From Lama glama (lineage: Eukaryota), in NCBI GenBank assembly GCA_028534125.1, contig CM052816.1, positions 84,446,001 through 84,510,000 on the forward strand: a DNA stretch of 64,000 nucleotides, in the 5' to 3' direction. How positions within the stretch are numbered: the stretch's first letter is position 1; every line of letters starts with the position of its first letter. The position numbers and the translations under genes were made by a program. This document shows positions 14,147 to 27,560 of the stretch, piece after piece. Under the pieces are notes generated by a model, which had not been told where the DNA came from, did no database searches, and saw nothing but the letters and a program-made list of their open reading frames with translations.

Positions 14147-15429
14147 CATGAAAGAAATATAGATTAGGAAACAATGATATAATTGCTTTTTATTACTCTT
14201 CACAAAAAAATCTTAACATTAATCAGAAATAACTTTGAGGTTAGAAGAAATCAAGGCATGAAGTAACATAATATCATGGTTTATGTGTGTTTGCTATTTA
14301 AAATAAAACTGCAACTACTGTAATATCTGGAATAGAACCATTCTGGGATCACAGGCATTTTAGAGTGTTAAATGATTTTGAAAGCAGCTTCCCTAATTTT
14401 AACCTAATATTGTTAAAATTGCATTTAATTCTCCCAAATTGAGAAGAAGAAATATATAGGCATGTAAAAAATAACTTAAAATTCATATATCCATATATAT
14501 ATCACATTCATATATACACAAATCCTTTTACCTTTATAATTAATGTAATTTAATTTGCACAAAATTTACTTCAAATTATTTGGAAGAGTAGAATAAGAGT
14601 TTGTCCTTTCTTGTTTGGAAGAACATGTTAGTAAAAACATAAATGGACAAATTCATTTAACATGTTTTAAAAAAAAAACATAGTCTATGAAGTTCTTCTA
14701 CTACTACACATGCTATGATCTCAAACTCCTTGTCACTCTCCCACTGCTCCTGATTTTAATGTCAAATTCTAGGCTAACACATATAAAAACATCTTTCAAA
14801 TAATACATATTTGATATATGCATTAAAAACTACAATGCTCTATAATATATGGTATATCTACTTTGTTGTTTAAAAGTTCAAGTTCAGAAATCAGACCCAT
14901 GGCTTAGCATGTAACTGAACAACCTTGGGAAAGCTTAACTAGCCTCTTCACCTCATGGTAATCATTTAATCTAGGACAAAAAGAAAAGAACCTACAAAAA
15001 AGGAATCATTTTGTTATGATTTTTTAAATCGTGTGTGTGTGTGTATTTATCAATAAATATTTACTTTAAAACTATGATTTGATTATAAGGAAACCTGATA
15101 TTGCTATTAATTATTTTAAAGAAGAAAATCAAACCAACAGTAAAGCCAACAGAAACTCTACTGCCTCAAACAAAAGTTAATAACTAGGAAGCACCCAAAA
15201 GCTAAAAAATAATTCTGGTCCTTATAACTCACAGTTTCATTCACAGGAATCTGCTTTAACAAACTCATGACTATTAAGAGATAAAATATTTCACAAAGGA
15301 CTTTTAAAAATGTCATTTCTATAAGGGACTCAAGAAATGAAACCAGTGCTGCTCTTTATAACAATCTGAAATGTTAACTTTATTTGGAAGAGAAGTCTTG
15401 AAAATTTTGGAGCAATCAGGAAAACATAC

Positions 15430-15530
15430 TGTCTTCTTCAGTAATTTCGATTGTATAGACTTGGCAAATTAATGCTTGTCCTTGAGAGACAAATGTATGT
15501 GAACATTTCGACAGTTATCCCCTGGGCAAT
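15430..15530 (-). pseudogene. pseudo-exon
   Basis: ttatttttccag| ... A|gtatgt, 101 nt, phase 2-1: LPRG*LSKCSHTFVSQGQALICQVYTIEITEED. Confidence 0.7.
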
Positions 15531-15959
15531 CTGGAAAAATAAATGCACCTCATGTGAATGTGAATTAATATAATCTTTTGGAGTACAAATATTTTGGCCC
15601 TGAAATACTACCTGTATGTGATATACAAAGTTCACTGTTTCTAACAAATTTTAAATAATTATGTGAATAAATTTACATAAATTATTATATGCCCATACTA
15701 TAGAATATCTTGCTGTTCTTATAAACAAGGGAGTGGAATTAGACATACCTAGCTAAAGAAAATTTTTAAGCTTATGTTTTGCAGTCAAAAGAAAATCTGA
15801 AGATACTCCAATGGTATCATCCCAATTACATACAAACTCAAACACACATATACATTCCAAAATTCTAACAGGTATTTCAATAGTGTGTGTGTGTGTGTGT
15901 ATCCATGTGCATATATATATATGAGTAAAGATACAGAGAATTTATTTAGGAAGTCATAG

Positions 15960-18900
15960 CTGGAGGACGAGGCCAAGATGGCAGAGTAGTAGGACACACA
16001 TAGCTCACCCTCTTCCACAGATACACCAAGACTCACATCCACAGACTCACTCAGCCAGCCAGAGCACCTGTGGAACCCCGACAGAACACTGTCCTCCTCA
16101 AAAGACAAAGACGCCAAAAATCTGGTAGGAGAAAGGAAAAAAAAGAAAGAAAACACAAAACAGTGCGGGACGGGTCCCGCGGGGAGGGAGTGGCAAAGGA
16201 GGACTGGCGCTCGTTCGCTGGGTCTCCCCTCTCCAATAGAAAGGCCAGCGGGAAGGAGCGGGAGCCTCCGAGGCTCAGATCTATACAGAATAGCCCTTGA
16301 CCTACACAGCTAAGTTAAACGGGCACAGAGGGTCCCCGCGACACCCAGCCCGAGACCCGAGCTGGCAGCTGGGGGCCAGGACAGGCTGCCCAAGCCGGGC
16401 AGAGGACGGGGACGGCTGCACAGATCAGCCCCAGGGGACTGCAGGGTGCTGCACAACGTGGATGAGTGGGTGCACAGGGCAGAACAACCTGGGCCCTCCA
16501 TAAAACAGCACAGCTGATGTGCCCTGGGAGCAAGGGTGCATACCTCCACCTCAAAAAACCCACGGAAGGTTTTCGGTGAGGAGAGGCGGGGCTCAGGCAC
16601 TGCCACCATATCCTCCAGCGCTTGGCACCCAGGTGGGGGTGGGGGTGAAACCTGAACCTGTGCCTGGGGGCTCCGCAGCCTCAAAAGCCAGATGGTGACT
16701 TGTTTGCAGCCCGAGTCAGATAGGATCCTTCGCCCTGGTGCCTCACTAAGTTCCCGCCGCCATGACAAACAAGGATCTGAGTTTGGGCATGGAGTAGGGG
16801 TGGGGCTGTTCTGTGGTCTTCTTGAGGCCGCCTGCGGAGTGTCGACCCAGGGTGGAGCGTGCAGCATCCTGGAGCTGCTGAGCGACTGGCGCCCGGGAGG
16901 CAGCAGGTGGACCCCCTGCCCCCAGGCAGAGCGCGCAGCAGGATGGAGCCCACAGCGGCACAGACCTGCAAAGCGACCAGCACTAGGGGATGGTGGGTGG
17001 CCCCTCACCTTTCCAGCAGGAATGCTGTGCTCGGAGGGGGCGCGATCTGCTTGCCTACAGGCACTGGGAGCAGCACAGACAAGGGTGCCAACAGAGGGCC
17101 TCTGGAAACAGCAAGCTGAGTTCGCAAAACAGGGTGAAGACAGAAAGACTTCTCATTAAGAACACACAGTCTCCAAGAGAACACCCCCTCCCCCCCTTTA
17201 TTAAAAAAATCTGTTTTTACCTGTTTTATTTTCTATTACCTTTTTAATTTTTACTTTTTAAACAATCATATATCCTCCCAGTTTTAATTGCTTTAAATTT
17301 TTTCTTTTAATATAATATTACTATTTTAAAAAATCCAAGTCATGTCATTTTTATTTCTCTTGGTTTTGATCTCCTCTTACTGATTATACACAGGTTTCAA
17401 ATATATTTTTTCCTCTTTCCTCCTTTTTTTTTACAGGTTTTTAAGAGACATCTCAACCCAATTGCTATTCTGCTTCAACTTGCTTTTCAATTATTTATTA
17501 TAAACTCTTTTCAAACCTTTTTTCTCTGCTTTTTCAAAATCCTCTCTTTATTATCTTTTTTATCTGTTCTATTTTTTATTACCTCTTTAATTTCTACTTT
17601 CTAAACAATTGTATATGCTTCTAGTTTTAATTCCTTTTTAAATTTTTCTTTCTAAACAATTGTATATGCTTCTAGTTTAAATTCCTTTTAAATGTTTCAT
17701 TTAAAGTAGTTATATTATTATTATTTTTTTTTAAATTTACCTGATTTCATTTTCATTTATTTTGGTTTTGATCTCCTGTTATTGATTATAAATGTTTCAA
17801 ATATCATTTTTTGATCTTTTTGCTTTTTTTAAGCATTTTTAAAAAGATGTCTCAACTCGAATGCCAGTCTGATTCAAATTGCTCTTCTATAATTGATTAG
17901 ACACTGTTTTCAAACCTTTTTTCTCCCTTCTTTTAAAATTCTCTTTCTCTCTCTCTCTTTTTTTTTTTTTTAAAGTTTTATTCCTACATAGGCATTAGAT
18001 AGATAAATACATAAACTCCTTTAAGGACCACAATAGATAGCTGATACTTCATAAGCCACAGTGTGAGAGATATGAGCAAGATGAAGAATCAGAGAAACCA
18101 TTACCAATTAAAAGAACAAGAGAAATCCCCTGAAAGAATGATCAATGAAATAGACATCGATAGCCTACTAGATCAAGATTTCAAAAAAAAAAAATGATCA
18201 AAGTACTGAAGGAACCAAAAGAGATAGTGTTTAGAGATATAAAATATGCCAAAAATGAAATTGAAACTATAAAGAAGAGCTAAGTAGAACTGGTAAACTC
18301 ATTGGCTGAGATGAGAACAGATCTAAAGGCTGTGCAAAGCAGACTAGATAATGCAGAGGAATGAATTAGTGACCTAGAAGACAGGACAACAGAAAGCACA
18401 CAATCAGAACAACTGCAAGATACACAAATAAAAACAAATGAAAGCAACATAAGGGACCTATCAGATAATATAAAGTGTGCCAATCATTGCATAATAGGGG
18501 TCCCAGAAGGGGGAGAAAGATCAAAGGGGATTGAAAAGGTATTGGAAGAAAGCATGACTGAAAATTTCCCAAACGTAAAGAAGGAATCAGATATCCAAGT
18601 ACAGGAAGTTCAAAGGGTCCCAAACAGGAAGAACCCAAATACACCCACAGCAAGACATANNNNNNNNNNNNNNNNNNNNNNNNNNNNNNNNNNNNNNNNN
18701 NNNNNNNNNNNNNNNNNNNNNNNNNNNNNNNNNNNNNNNNNNNNNNNNNNNNNNNNNNNNNNNNNNNNNNNNNNNNNNNNNNNNNNNNNNNNNNNNNNNN
18801 NNNNNNNNNNNNNNNNNNNNNNNNNNNNNNNNNNNNNNNNNNNNNNNNNNNNNNNNNNNNNNNNNNNNNNNNNNNNNNNNNNNNNNNNNNNNNNNNNNNN

Positions 18901-20183
18901 NNNNNNNNNNNNNNNNNNNNNNNNNNNNNNNNNNNNNNNNNNNNNNNNNNNNNNNNNNNNNNNNNNNNNNNNNNNNNNNNNNNNNNNNNNNNNNNNNNNN
19001 NNNNNNNNNNNNNNNNNNNNNNNNNNNNNNNNNNNNNNNNNNNNNNNNNNNNNNNNNNNNNNNNNNNNNNNNNNNNNNNNNNNNNNNNNNNNNNNNNNNN
19101 NNNNNNNNNNNNNNNNNNNNNNNNNNNNNNNNNNNNNNNNNNNNNNNNNNNNNNNNNNNGAAAATTTTTGCAAGTGAAACCAACAAAGGCTTGATCTCCA
19201 GAATATATAAGCAGCTCATATGACTTAATAAGAAACAACCAAACAACCCAATCCAAAAATGGCAGAAGACCTAAACAAGCAATTCTCCTAGGAAGACATA
19301 CAAATGATCAATAGGCACATGAAAAAATGCTCAATATCACTAATTATCAGACAAATGCAAATCAAAACTACAATGAGGTATCACCTCACACCAGCCAGAA
19401 TGGCCGTCATTCAAAAATCCACAAATGACAAATGCTGGAGAGGCTGTGGAGAAAAGGGAACCCTCCTACACTGCTGGTGGGAATGTACTTTGGTGCAGCC
19501 ACTGTGGAAAACAGTATGGAGATTCCTCAAAAGACTAGGAATAGACTTACCGTATGACCCAGGAATCCTGCTCCTGGGCATATATCCAGAAGGAATCCTA
19601 CTTCAAAATGACATCAGCACCCCATGTTCATAACAGCACTATTTACAACAGCCAAGACATGGAAACAGCCTAAATGTTCCATCAACAGATGATTGGATAA
19701 AGAAGAAGTGTATATTTATACAATGAAATACTACTCAGCCATAAAAACCGACAACATAACGCCATTTACAGCAACATGGATGCTCCTGGAGAATGTCATT
19801 CTTAGTGAAATAAGCCAGAAAGAGAAAGAAAAATACCATATGAGATTGCTCATATGTGGAATCTAAAAAACAAACAAACAAACAAACAAACAAAGCATAA
19901 ATACAGAACAGAAACAGACTCATAGACATAGAATACAAACTTGTGGTTGCCAAGAGGGCAGAGGGTGGGAAGGGATAGACGGCATTTCAAAATTGTAGAA
20001 CAGATAAACAAGATTATACTGTATAGCACAGAGAAATATACACAAGATCTTATGGTAGCTCACAGAGAAAAAAATGTGACAATGAATATATATTTTCATA
20101 TATAACTGAAAAATTGTGCTCTACACTGGAATTTGACACAACATTGTAAAATGATTATAAATCAATAAAAATTGTTAAAAAAA
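15960..20183 (+). mobile_element. full-length young L1 (camelid-type) spanning an assembly gap
   Basis: ggccaagatggc start and CpG-rich 5'UTR. ORF1 begins at ATG 18072 and is frameshifted in an A run. ORF2 C-terminus contains [18 protein letters not shown], followed by a poly(A) tail. 12-bp TSD aggaagtcatag at 15948-15959 and 20184-20195. Confidence 0.95.
18660..19159. other. assembly gap (500 N)
   Basis: Run of n. Confidence 1.
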
Positions 20184-20703
20184 AGGAAGTCATAGATTTT
20201 ACTGATGACATCTCTTACTTCTGGGGAGAGGACTAAGGATGGTGAAGATTATAATAAAGAATTTAATTTTATCAGTGAATTTACAATGTAAGAATAAAAT
20301 AAATCTTTTACGACTGGCTGTATACTATTTTCGTCAGAAGTTCTACTTAAGATTTGATCATAAAAAAGGATTCAAGTAAGAAAAGAAAATTAATGTTCCA
20401 GGAGTTTAACAGCTTCTCTCAAGAGAGCAAAACAGGCCTATAACTGTGTTCATTTCCAGAAATCAAATGTGAACATTTCTGGCCAGCAATTTGGAAATAA
20501 GATCAGAAAAGTCATTTATGGTCACTACTTGATGTAGTGAAGAAAGAAATGAACAAGGACTGCAGGCATTGTGGGGAAAAATAGATATTAGAGAGATAGA
20601 GAGACACAACTGCATCAATAAATAAGAAGCTTAGGGGAGATGCAACATTCGACGTTTTTAGGAAAACCTACTGTATGTCATTACATTGTATAAAATGCCT
20701 TAC

Positions 20704-20787
20704 CTCTTTAAGAAAACCTACATTAATGACCCACAATTTAATCTAGTATCTATTTCTTTAAGTATATTTTAGTTCTCTTGAATGTAA
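20704..20787 (-). pseudogene. pseudo-exon
   Basis: tttttgcacag| ... AG|gtaagg, 84 nt, phase 2-2: YIQEN*NILKEIDTRLNCGSLM*VFLK(R). Confidence 0.7.
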
Positions 20788-21029
20788 CTGTGCAAAAACC
20801 AGTTCCCATTTTACACCATTGCTTATCAGCATTATACTGTGTATAGGGGTTGGGATTTATTCAGGTTATTGCAGCTAAATGTAGTACATTGCATTAACAT
20901 TGTGACTCAAGTGTCAGATTTCCTAGGTTTTAATCTAGGCTTTACTTTCTGACTGTGGGCAATTTATGTAACCAACATACTCAAGCAATGAACACTAGAA
21001 ACTCAAATGAATAAGGTGGAGATGAGACA

Positions 21030-21990
21030 GTATGTATCAGTCACATATTGCCACAATAATTGTGCAAAGAAAAACACTACAAAGATCAAGATGGTAAGCT
21101 TATTTGTATGAGTACAATGTAAGTCTCTGCTTGTAGTACATGTTCTGTCAATGTACTATTGGCCAAAGAAAAGAATATGGGTGAGTCTATCTGTCATTAA
21201 TGGGAGGGGAAGTTTACCACTCCTATGACAATGTAAGAAGAAAGAAGTAAATGTTTGCTTCACAATAATCTAAGAATCACAGGTAACTTCTAGTCCATAA
21301 ATGTTCGCAACTCTCCCATATGAAAATAATCTAACCCTTTTCCCAGGACACCCAGATCTCTTCAATAACCTGAGGTTTAAAATCCACAGCAGAAATTTAC
21401 CATCTTGATCTTCTACTAAGATCATGAGAAAAGCATTACATGAAACAGATATGACTTGGATTCTCTTGACCTATAGATTTATAAATGAATTTTGTACACC
21501 CCTCCCAAACACTCATAAACACTTATTCAAAGTACACTGGTGGTACAGGGACAAGATAACAATAGACAACCTTACTGGAAAAAAAAAAAAAAAACCTAAA
21601 GTGAAAAATATGGTGCAACTGATCTATAGCAATTCTGAAATCTCATTAGGTAAATGTTACTGATTTCCCTACACTGGGGATAGATACTGTTTCTTTCTTG
21701 GGTCCAATTTTACTCTTGGGAAGTGACTCCCATCTTCATTGTCCTCCACAACTCTTACCTCTCTACTGTCTTGTTTTTTTTCCATAAACCCCCTTGGCTA
21801 CTTCTGGATAGATAAATATGCCCTCTTGGTGGCTTGCAGCTTTTTCAACCTAAATTCTGCCTTTAAATACTTGGGAATCCAGAGGTTTTATTTGTTTATT
21901 TTCTGGTTTTGAATCTTGAAATCTTTTCATCTTTTTTTGCATGATTTCAGTTATGCTTGCCCCCAAAGATCTTTCAAAAACTTTTTTTCT
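21030..21990 (-). mobile_element. old MaLR LTR plus probable internal sequence
   Basis: tgtatcagtcacatattgccacaataat and ctattggccaaagaaaagaatatggg resemble antisense MLT1 motifs. Highly diverged. Confidence 0.45.
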
Positions 21991-22439
21991 ATGCATTTGA
22001 TTTCAAGTAACGTTATGCCATAAACTACTCACAATTCCTTTCCTCAGCACCTTTTTGATTTTTCTTCCTGTTTTGTTTGTTTTAATTTTCTGTATGCAAT
22101 GCACACAGGAATGTAGAGGAGATAAATAAAATATGTAGACATCAAAGGCTGTAACTGTTAACTAACAAACATGTATTTTGTTAGTAAACTTGTTTTCTGC
22201 AGAAAAAAACATTTTTTAAAATAAATTTACTTTAATTAATAATTTAAATGTGATTTTTAGTGACATTAAAAACAACCTAGATTGAAAAACAGAGGAACAG
22301 AATTTTTCCATGTTACTCGTAGTACTGCAGGGAGGACTGAATATCATTTACCAGACTAGAGGTAAGAAATAAAGAGAATATAGAGAGTAGGATACGTGTA
22401 TGTGTCCTTCTTATATTTGTTTTGTATTGTACAAATATA

Positions 22440-23548
22440 TGTATTTGTTTTCTACTGCTGCCATAACAGATTTCTTAGTGGCTTAAAAAAGCACAAATTT
22501 ATTAACTTACAGATTTGCAGGTCAGAAGCCTTGACACAGTTCTCTGAGACTAAAATCAAGGTGTCAGCAGGGCTGAGTTCCTTACTAGAAGCTCTGAGGA
22601 GGGAGTCTGCTCACTTGATCATTGAGGTTGTTAGAAGAATTTATTTCCTCAAGTTTGTAAGACAGAAGGTACATTTTCTTGCTGGCTGCCAGCTAAGGGC
22701 TATTCCCAGCTTCTAAAAGCTGCTCAAACTCCTTTACTCATGGTCTTCTTGTTCCACCTTCAGAGCCAGCAGAAACAAGCTTGTTTTGAACCCCCAACTG
22801 ATGTATTAGGTTAGGAACATGCAGATTAAGACCTGCTGAATGAGGGTGCACAAGCCACCCACATGGGTGCAGGTAGCGCCCTCAGCATCCAAGCTTCCAA
22901 TATGGGAAGTGAAAACCCCAAGCCATTCTGACTGAAGGAGCAGTTTCAATACACTTACACAAAGGAAGTCACAAGATTAACTACTTACAAATCCCAGAAT
23001 GGGGGTGCAATGAGCTGAGGGAAGGGCAGACCTCTGTCCCAGGTCACAAATGAGCAGGAGACAGACAGCAAGGTAGCAAACGCCTATTACTGTACTTACA
23101 AGGTGGTTGGGATGGAGGTCACCATTTTTTCATTGGCTCAACTCTAAGTGGTCATTTAAAAAGGTGTCTTGGGAAAAGCAAGCTGAGAATCCAAAACTAG
23201 AGGCCATATCTAATTGTCCAGACCCTGGGTGTTAGCACGGTTGTCATTTTGTAAAACGCCTATGCAGCAAATCAAACATGACTTTCTCTTCACACAGCTC
23301 AAGCCCCTCTTGTTTCAAATCTCTTCTATAGTAGCATTTCTCTAACTCACTCTTTTGCCACCCTCTTCCATTTTTAAGGATCCCTCTGATTGTATGTATG
23401 ATCCAATCAGGGATAATACCTCTAGTTTCAAGTCTATACACTTAATTCCATCTGCAAAGGTACTTTCGCCAAATAATATAACAAATCCAGACATAACAGC
23501 AAGGACATCTTTGGCCGTGAAAGTGGGGCAATTATACTGCCCACCACA
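22440..23548 (-). mobile_element. MLT1D-like LTR split by a nested LTR
   Basis: tgctgccataaca...aaaatcaaggtgtcagcagggctg ... ttatactgcccaccaca. Confidence 0.8.
22782..23294. mobile_element. nested solo LTR (513 bp, TG...CA)
   Basis: Interrupts the MLT1 sequence. Flanked by aagct / cagct (5-bp TSD with 1 mismatch). Confidence 0.6.
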
Positions 23549-24839
23549 GTATATAAAATCTTAAGGGAGAAGACAATTATTTCTAAAAAGTTGATATTCA
23601 ATGCTTGATAAAAATGAAAAATAACATGGTTGGTGATCTTTTTTGTTATAGTTTTTGGCTAATTTGAGGAATGGGGATAACGATGTTCACAGAGGAGCTG
23701 AATTTATTTGTTTTCAATCTGTCAATGTTTCTCAGAAATTTTCAAGAAAAATATATTACTTTTAAAAGTGAAATTAATATTGAGGAACATTAGTGTTGGA
23801 AAAGGAAAACTGATGATATAGAAATAAGCTGATCATGTCCATCCTTGCTTTCAAACTAAATTTTTAGTAAAGCTTCCCTGCAGTTTTAGCAACAAATTCA
23901 AGTGGCTTTATTTAATGATTTAACTCTTTCTCTATGTATTTTAGCAATTCCCATGACTCATATTTTTTAGTTGTAATTGTGATCTTCACATTTACACAGG
24001 ACTTAAAACTGTGCCACTGTTGACACTTTTGCTTTCAAAGCAATGTGTAAAAGTCTGATATATTACCCCCCCAAAAGCAGAAAATTAGTAAATATACACA
24101 ATTTAGTGAAGTCATTCACTAATTATCACTTGACAGTAATAGAGATATCAATTATTTTATTTTAAAAAGTTAACTTCATGATATTCCAAATTTATGAAAA
24201 GGAAATGCTTATGCATGCAGGTGTGATCAAAAATATTACAAAAGCCATAAATATGTTTGAAGACACAACTATCAATTTCTAAGTAGTTCACTGATTGTAG
24301 AATCCAATTAATTTTGGCCTTTCACAGATAGTAGACTTAAACACAGTCCTAACTATATGTAACCCTAAACACCAAGGTAATATCTAAAATCTAAACACCA
24401 AGGTAAAATCTGAAGCACCTGAAAATCAAGTTAAAATCTAAAATTAAAGTGAAATCTATAGTTACTCTAAATTAGAACCTAATCATGAACATTAGGTTAC
24501 ACACAATACACTAGTGTTAGCAAATTGATTTATTGTCATAGCTGCCAACCTGCTTGGCTTTTTAAATAAAGGAAATGAAGACAGTCCACATGGAATTTAT
24601 ATTCCTGTCTATTTGCAAGGCTGAATGGATGAGAAAAGAGTAATTTTGAAAATGTACTGAATATTTTCCAAGGCCTTGTTGAGAGCTCTTACAGAGACCA
24701 AGTTTTATAGCCTGGGACAATTTAGGTTCAAATGACTGAAATTGTCTAAAAGAGGGCCAAACAAATGAAAGCAGAAGTAGAGCTTAAAAATCAGATAGAA
24801 GACAATCCAGTGTGTAGATGTCAGAAAGTCTCTTTTCCC

Positions 24840-25870
24840 AGTTACCCATTTCTTACTTAGACCTTTTCCATCGAGCTTATGAACAAAGTGACTACGTTGA
24901 CAAGGATGGAGGTTATTAATGAACTCAGTGAAATGGCTTTCCCTTGGCAAGGCTGGTGTTGCTAGAGCTGTTGCTGAGCATGAACATGTCCAGAGCAAAG
25001 ACTGACACTGAACACACATCACAGCTTACTTCCTAAGGTATCAGCCAGACACCAAGTTGTACATGGATCACAATGGAGAACTTTCCTCATGGAGGGGAGA
25101 ACATGTTTTTTCTCACTGAAATAGACATTCAGCCTGGATAGGTATTTCCATTTTCTGCTAATGACACTACTGCCACACAGCATTGTTTCTAACTGAGGAA
25201 TTCATTCTGTAGCACATGAAGGTCAGGACAGGGCTCATGGTCACAGATTCAATGGTTTTGTTATATTCCTAATCAGATTGAAGCAGCTGGCCTTAAGAAT
25301 GGTGGGATGGCCTTTAATGATTCAGTTATAGCATCAGAATGAGGGTAATGTTTTACCCTGACAAGGAAAATTCCTCTCCAAATGTAGTCTATGCTCAGAA
25401 TCAGTGACCAACATACAGTGTTGTCTCTACTAAAGCCAGGATTCCGAGGACCAGAAACCAGAGGGTGGGAAAGGGGTGGCTCCTCTCATTATTACCCTGC
25501 ATGATACTTCAGTGAAATGTCTGCTTGGCTACTTGGCCACTTCGAACACCTCATGCTAGTTAACCAACAGGCAAATAAGAGTATTAGTATACTGGCCAAG
25601 GTAAATGTTCCTGACTTCCAAGGGGAAATTATACTCCCACCACCTATTGGGGATAAGAAAAAAAATTTGGTTGGAATGCAGGGGATACCTATTATTTGTA
25701 TTCACAAGTTATGATGTTTAACGGAAAACTACCTTTATAGGCAGTTTTGCTAGTGACCAAGACCCATCAGGAATGTTTAGGCCACCCAGTTAGGCAAGGA
25801 AACAGGACCAACTAGGTTCACAGTTTAGGACAAAGGGTGGGAGAATGAGCAGTAATGATCATAAATATCA
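24840..25870 (+). mobile_element. ERV-L internal remnant (integrase + dUTPase)
   Basis: RAHGH/WFCYIPNQIEAAGL resembles the ERV-L integrase stretch WAHAHGIHWSYHVPHHPEAAGL. ORF 25517-25714 GHFEHLMLVNQQANKSISILAKVNVPDFQGEII resembles ERV-L dUTPase. Confidence 0.8.
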
Positions 25871-26296
25871 TAAATAAGTGGTAACCATGTGACCTAGAAA
25901 TTAAGACTTTGTTAGTTATATTACTGCCTTTTTTAATATACATATAATTACAAATATATTAAGCAGTTCTTTCCTTTTTTATTTCTCCCCATCCATACTT
26001 TTACCATCTAAAATAAAGACAGTTCATAGCCATTAACTTATATTTGTTTCAATAATCCAAAGATAAGTGTGTCTCATTTAGAAGGAAAATAAGCATCATT
26101 TTAAGAATAAATTGACCTTTGGGACACTGTTTCATCTTTTAGGGGGATAATTAGTGTATTTGTGATTTTATTAAAGTTAATTGCATCATAAAGAGATTCA
26201 TTTACATTAGGACAATGATGACAAGTTTCAAAGAATTGAGAAAATGGGTTGTACATTGTGCGAGGATGTATTTACAAGGATAAATTGTCCACTTAC

Positions 26297-26680
26297 ACAT
26301 TCCTGACATCAAAAATTATTCTATTTAGATTCAATTATTTTTCTATTTATTATAATGTACTGATATTCAGTGAAATTATTTATTATGGCAATAGATTTCT
26401 TCCAATTTGAATTTTTCTGTTTCTCAGGCTTTTTTTAAAAAAGGGTCTAGCTCTTTGGTGACTACTTTTACAGAAAGGGATTTATGCCAGGTTATTGTAT
26501 TTTGTTGATTTCTCTAAAGTCATTTGTATTACTACAAGTGCTTTTGGCTGATACATTTTACAGGGAACCCAATTACAATATAATTTAATGTGTTTGCTGA
26601 TTAGTTTCAATTAGTCATTATATTGTAGTATGAATCCTGATTTACCAGGAAATTGCTAGGTTTTCCATCTTCCTCTATAA
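26297..26680 (-). pseudogene. pseudo-exon
   Basis: tatacag|TT ATA GAG gives IEEDGKPSNFLVNQDSYYNIMTN..., ending LNLNRIIFDVRN(V) at GT|gtaagt (phase 2). Internal frameshifts. Confidence 0.6.
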
Positions 26681-27560
26681 CTGTATACATTAATACCAGT
26701 TAAAGTCCCTTTAACTAAACTTTTATATAAAGTTGGTTTAATACTTCAGTATATTCAAACTTATATATTAGTACTAAATTCTAGTATGCATGATAATCTG
26801 TTGGTAACGAAATAAAATTCCAGGAAATTAGCACTGAAACAGCTTTCAAAATTTCCATAATGAAAACTACTTAGTGTTCTGTACTGCTAGGATGCATGTT
26901 AAGTAGTAGCATGACTTACACAGAACTTGTATTTTATGTAATGTAGTTTAACATCAGGTGAAAATAAATTCTTGTTATACAATCAGAAACCAATAAAGAA
27001 ATAAACAACATGGTAATTTGAACGAATCAAGATTCTACTTAACTCTAAGGGTAAAGGAATAGCAAAATTGAGTTTTTGTGGATGATGGATTTTTTCCTAA
27101 TCATTGACCTAGGTAGTGATGACATGGGTGATATCATCAGATTTATTCATTAAACAGTGCTTTCTATGCATTTATTTGCATTTATGTCATATTGCACAAT
27201 ACACCTAAGAAGAAAAATTATATATAAGAAAACACATAATTACCTTAAGAAAATTTAACACAAAGAGTTATCATTTTTATTATTACTAAGGATAAGTTAG
27301 TAATGTTCACAATTTTATATCTTAAATTTATTTGTATTTGGTTTTTATAACTTGGCTAATATTGCTGATAAGTGTCATATCAATATTTTCTTTTTGAATC
27401 TAAAAAATAATTTAAATATAATAAAAATACATAATTTATATTAAATTTATAACTGTCCTCATATGTATACTAATGTTATAAAACATTTATATTGCTTGAT
27501 ACATATTTTATATATAATACTCCACATTTTATACCTATTGAGTTATTTTCTCTAACTTAT

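Noticed and set aside
16297..17247. Long overlapping ORFs (up to 232 aa) in a CpG-rich region
   Set aside because: They lie in the GC-rich L1 5'UTR, where stops are rare. No recognisable protein, and no sign this is a host CpG-island promoter.
18366..19256. ORFs of 187-296 aa
   Set aside because: Artefacts of translating through the N gap.
24365..24420. Short repeat of aaacaccaaggtaa
   Set aside because: Two copies only; a simple slippage duplication, not a spaced array.
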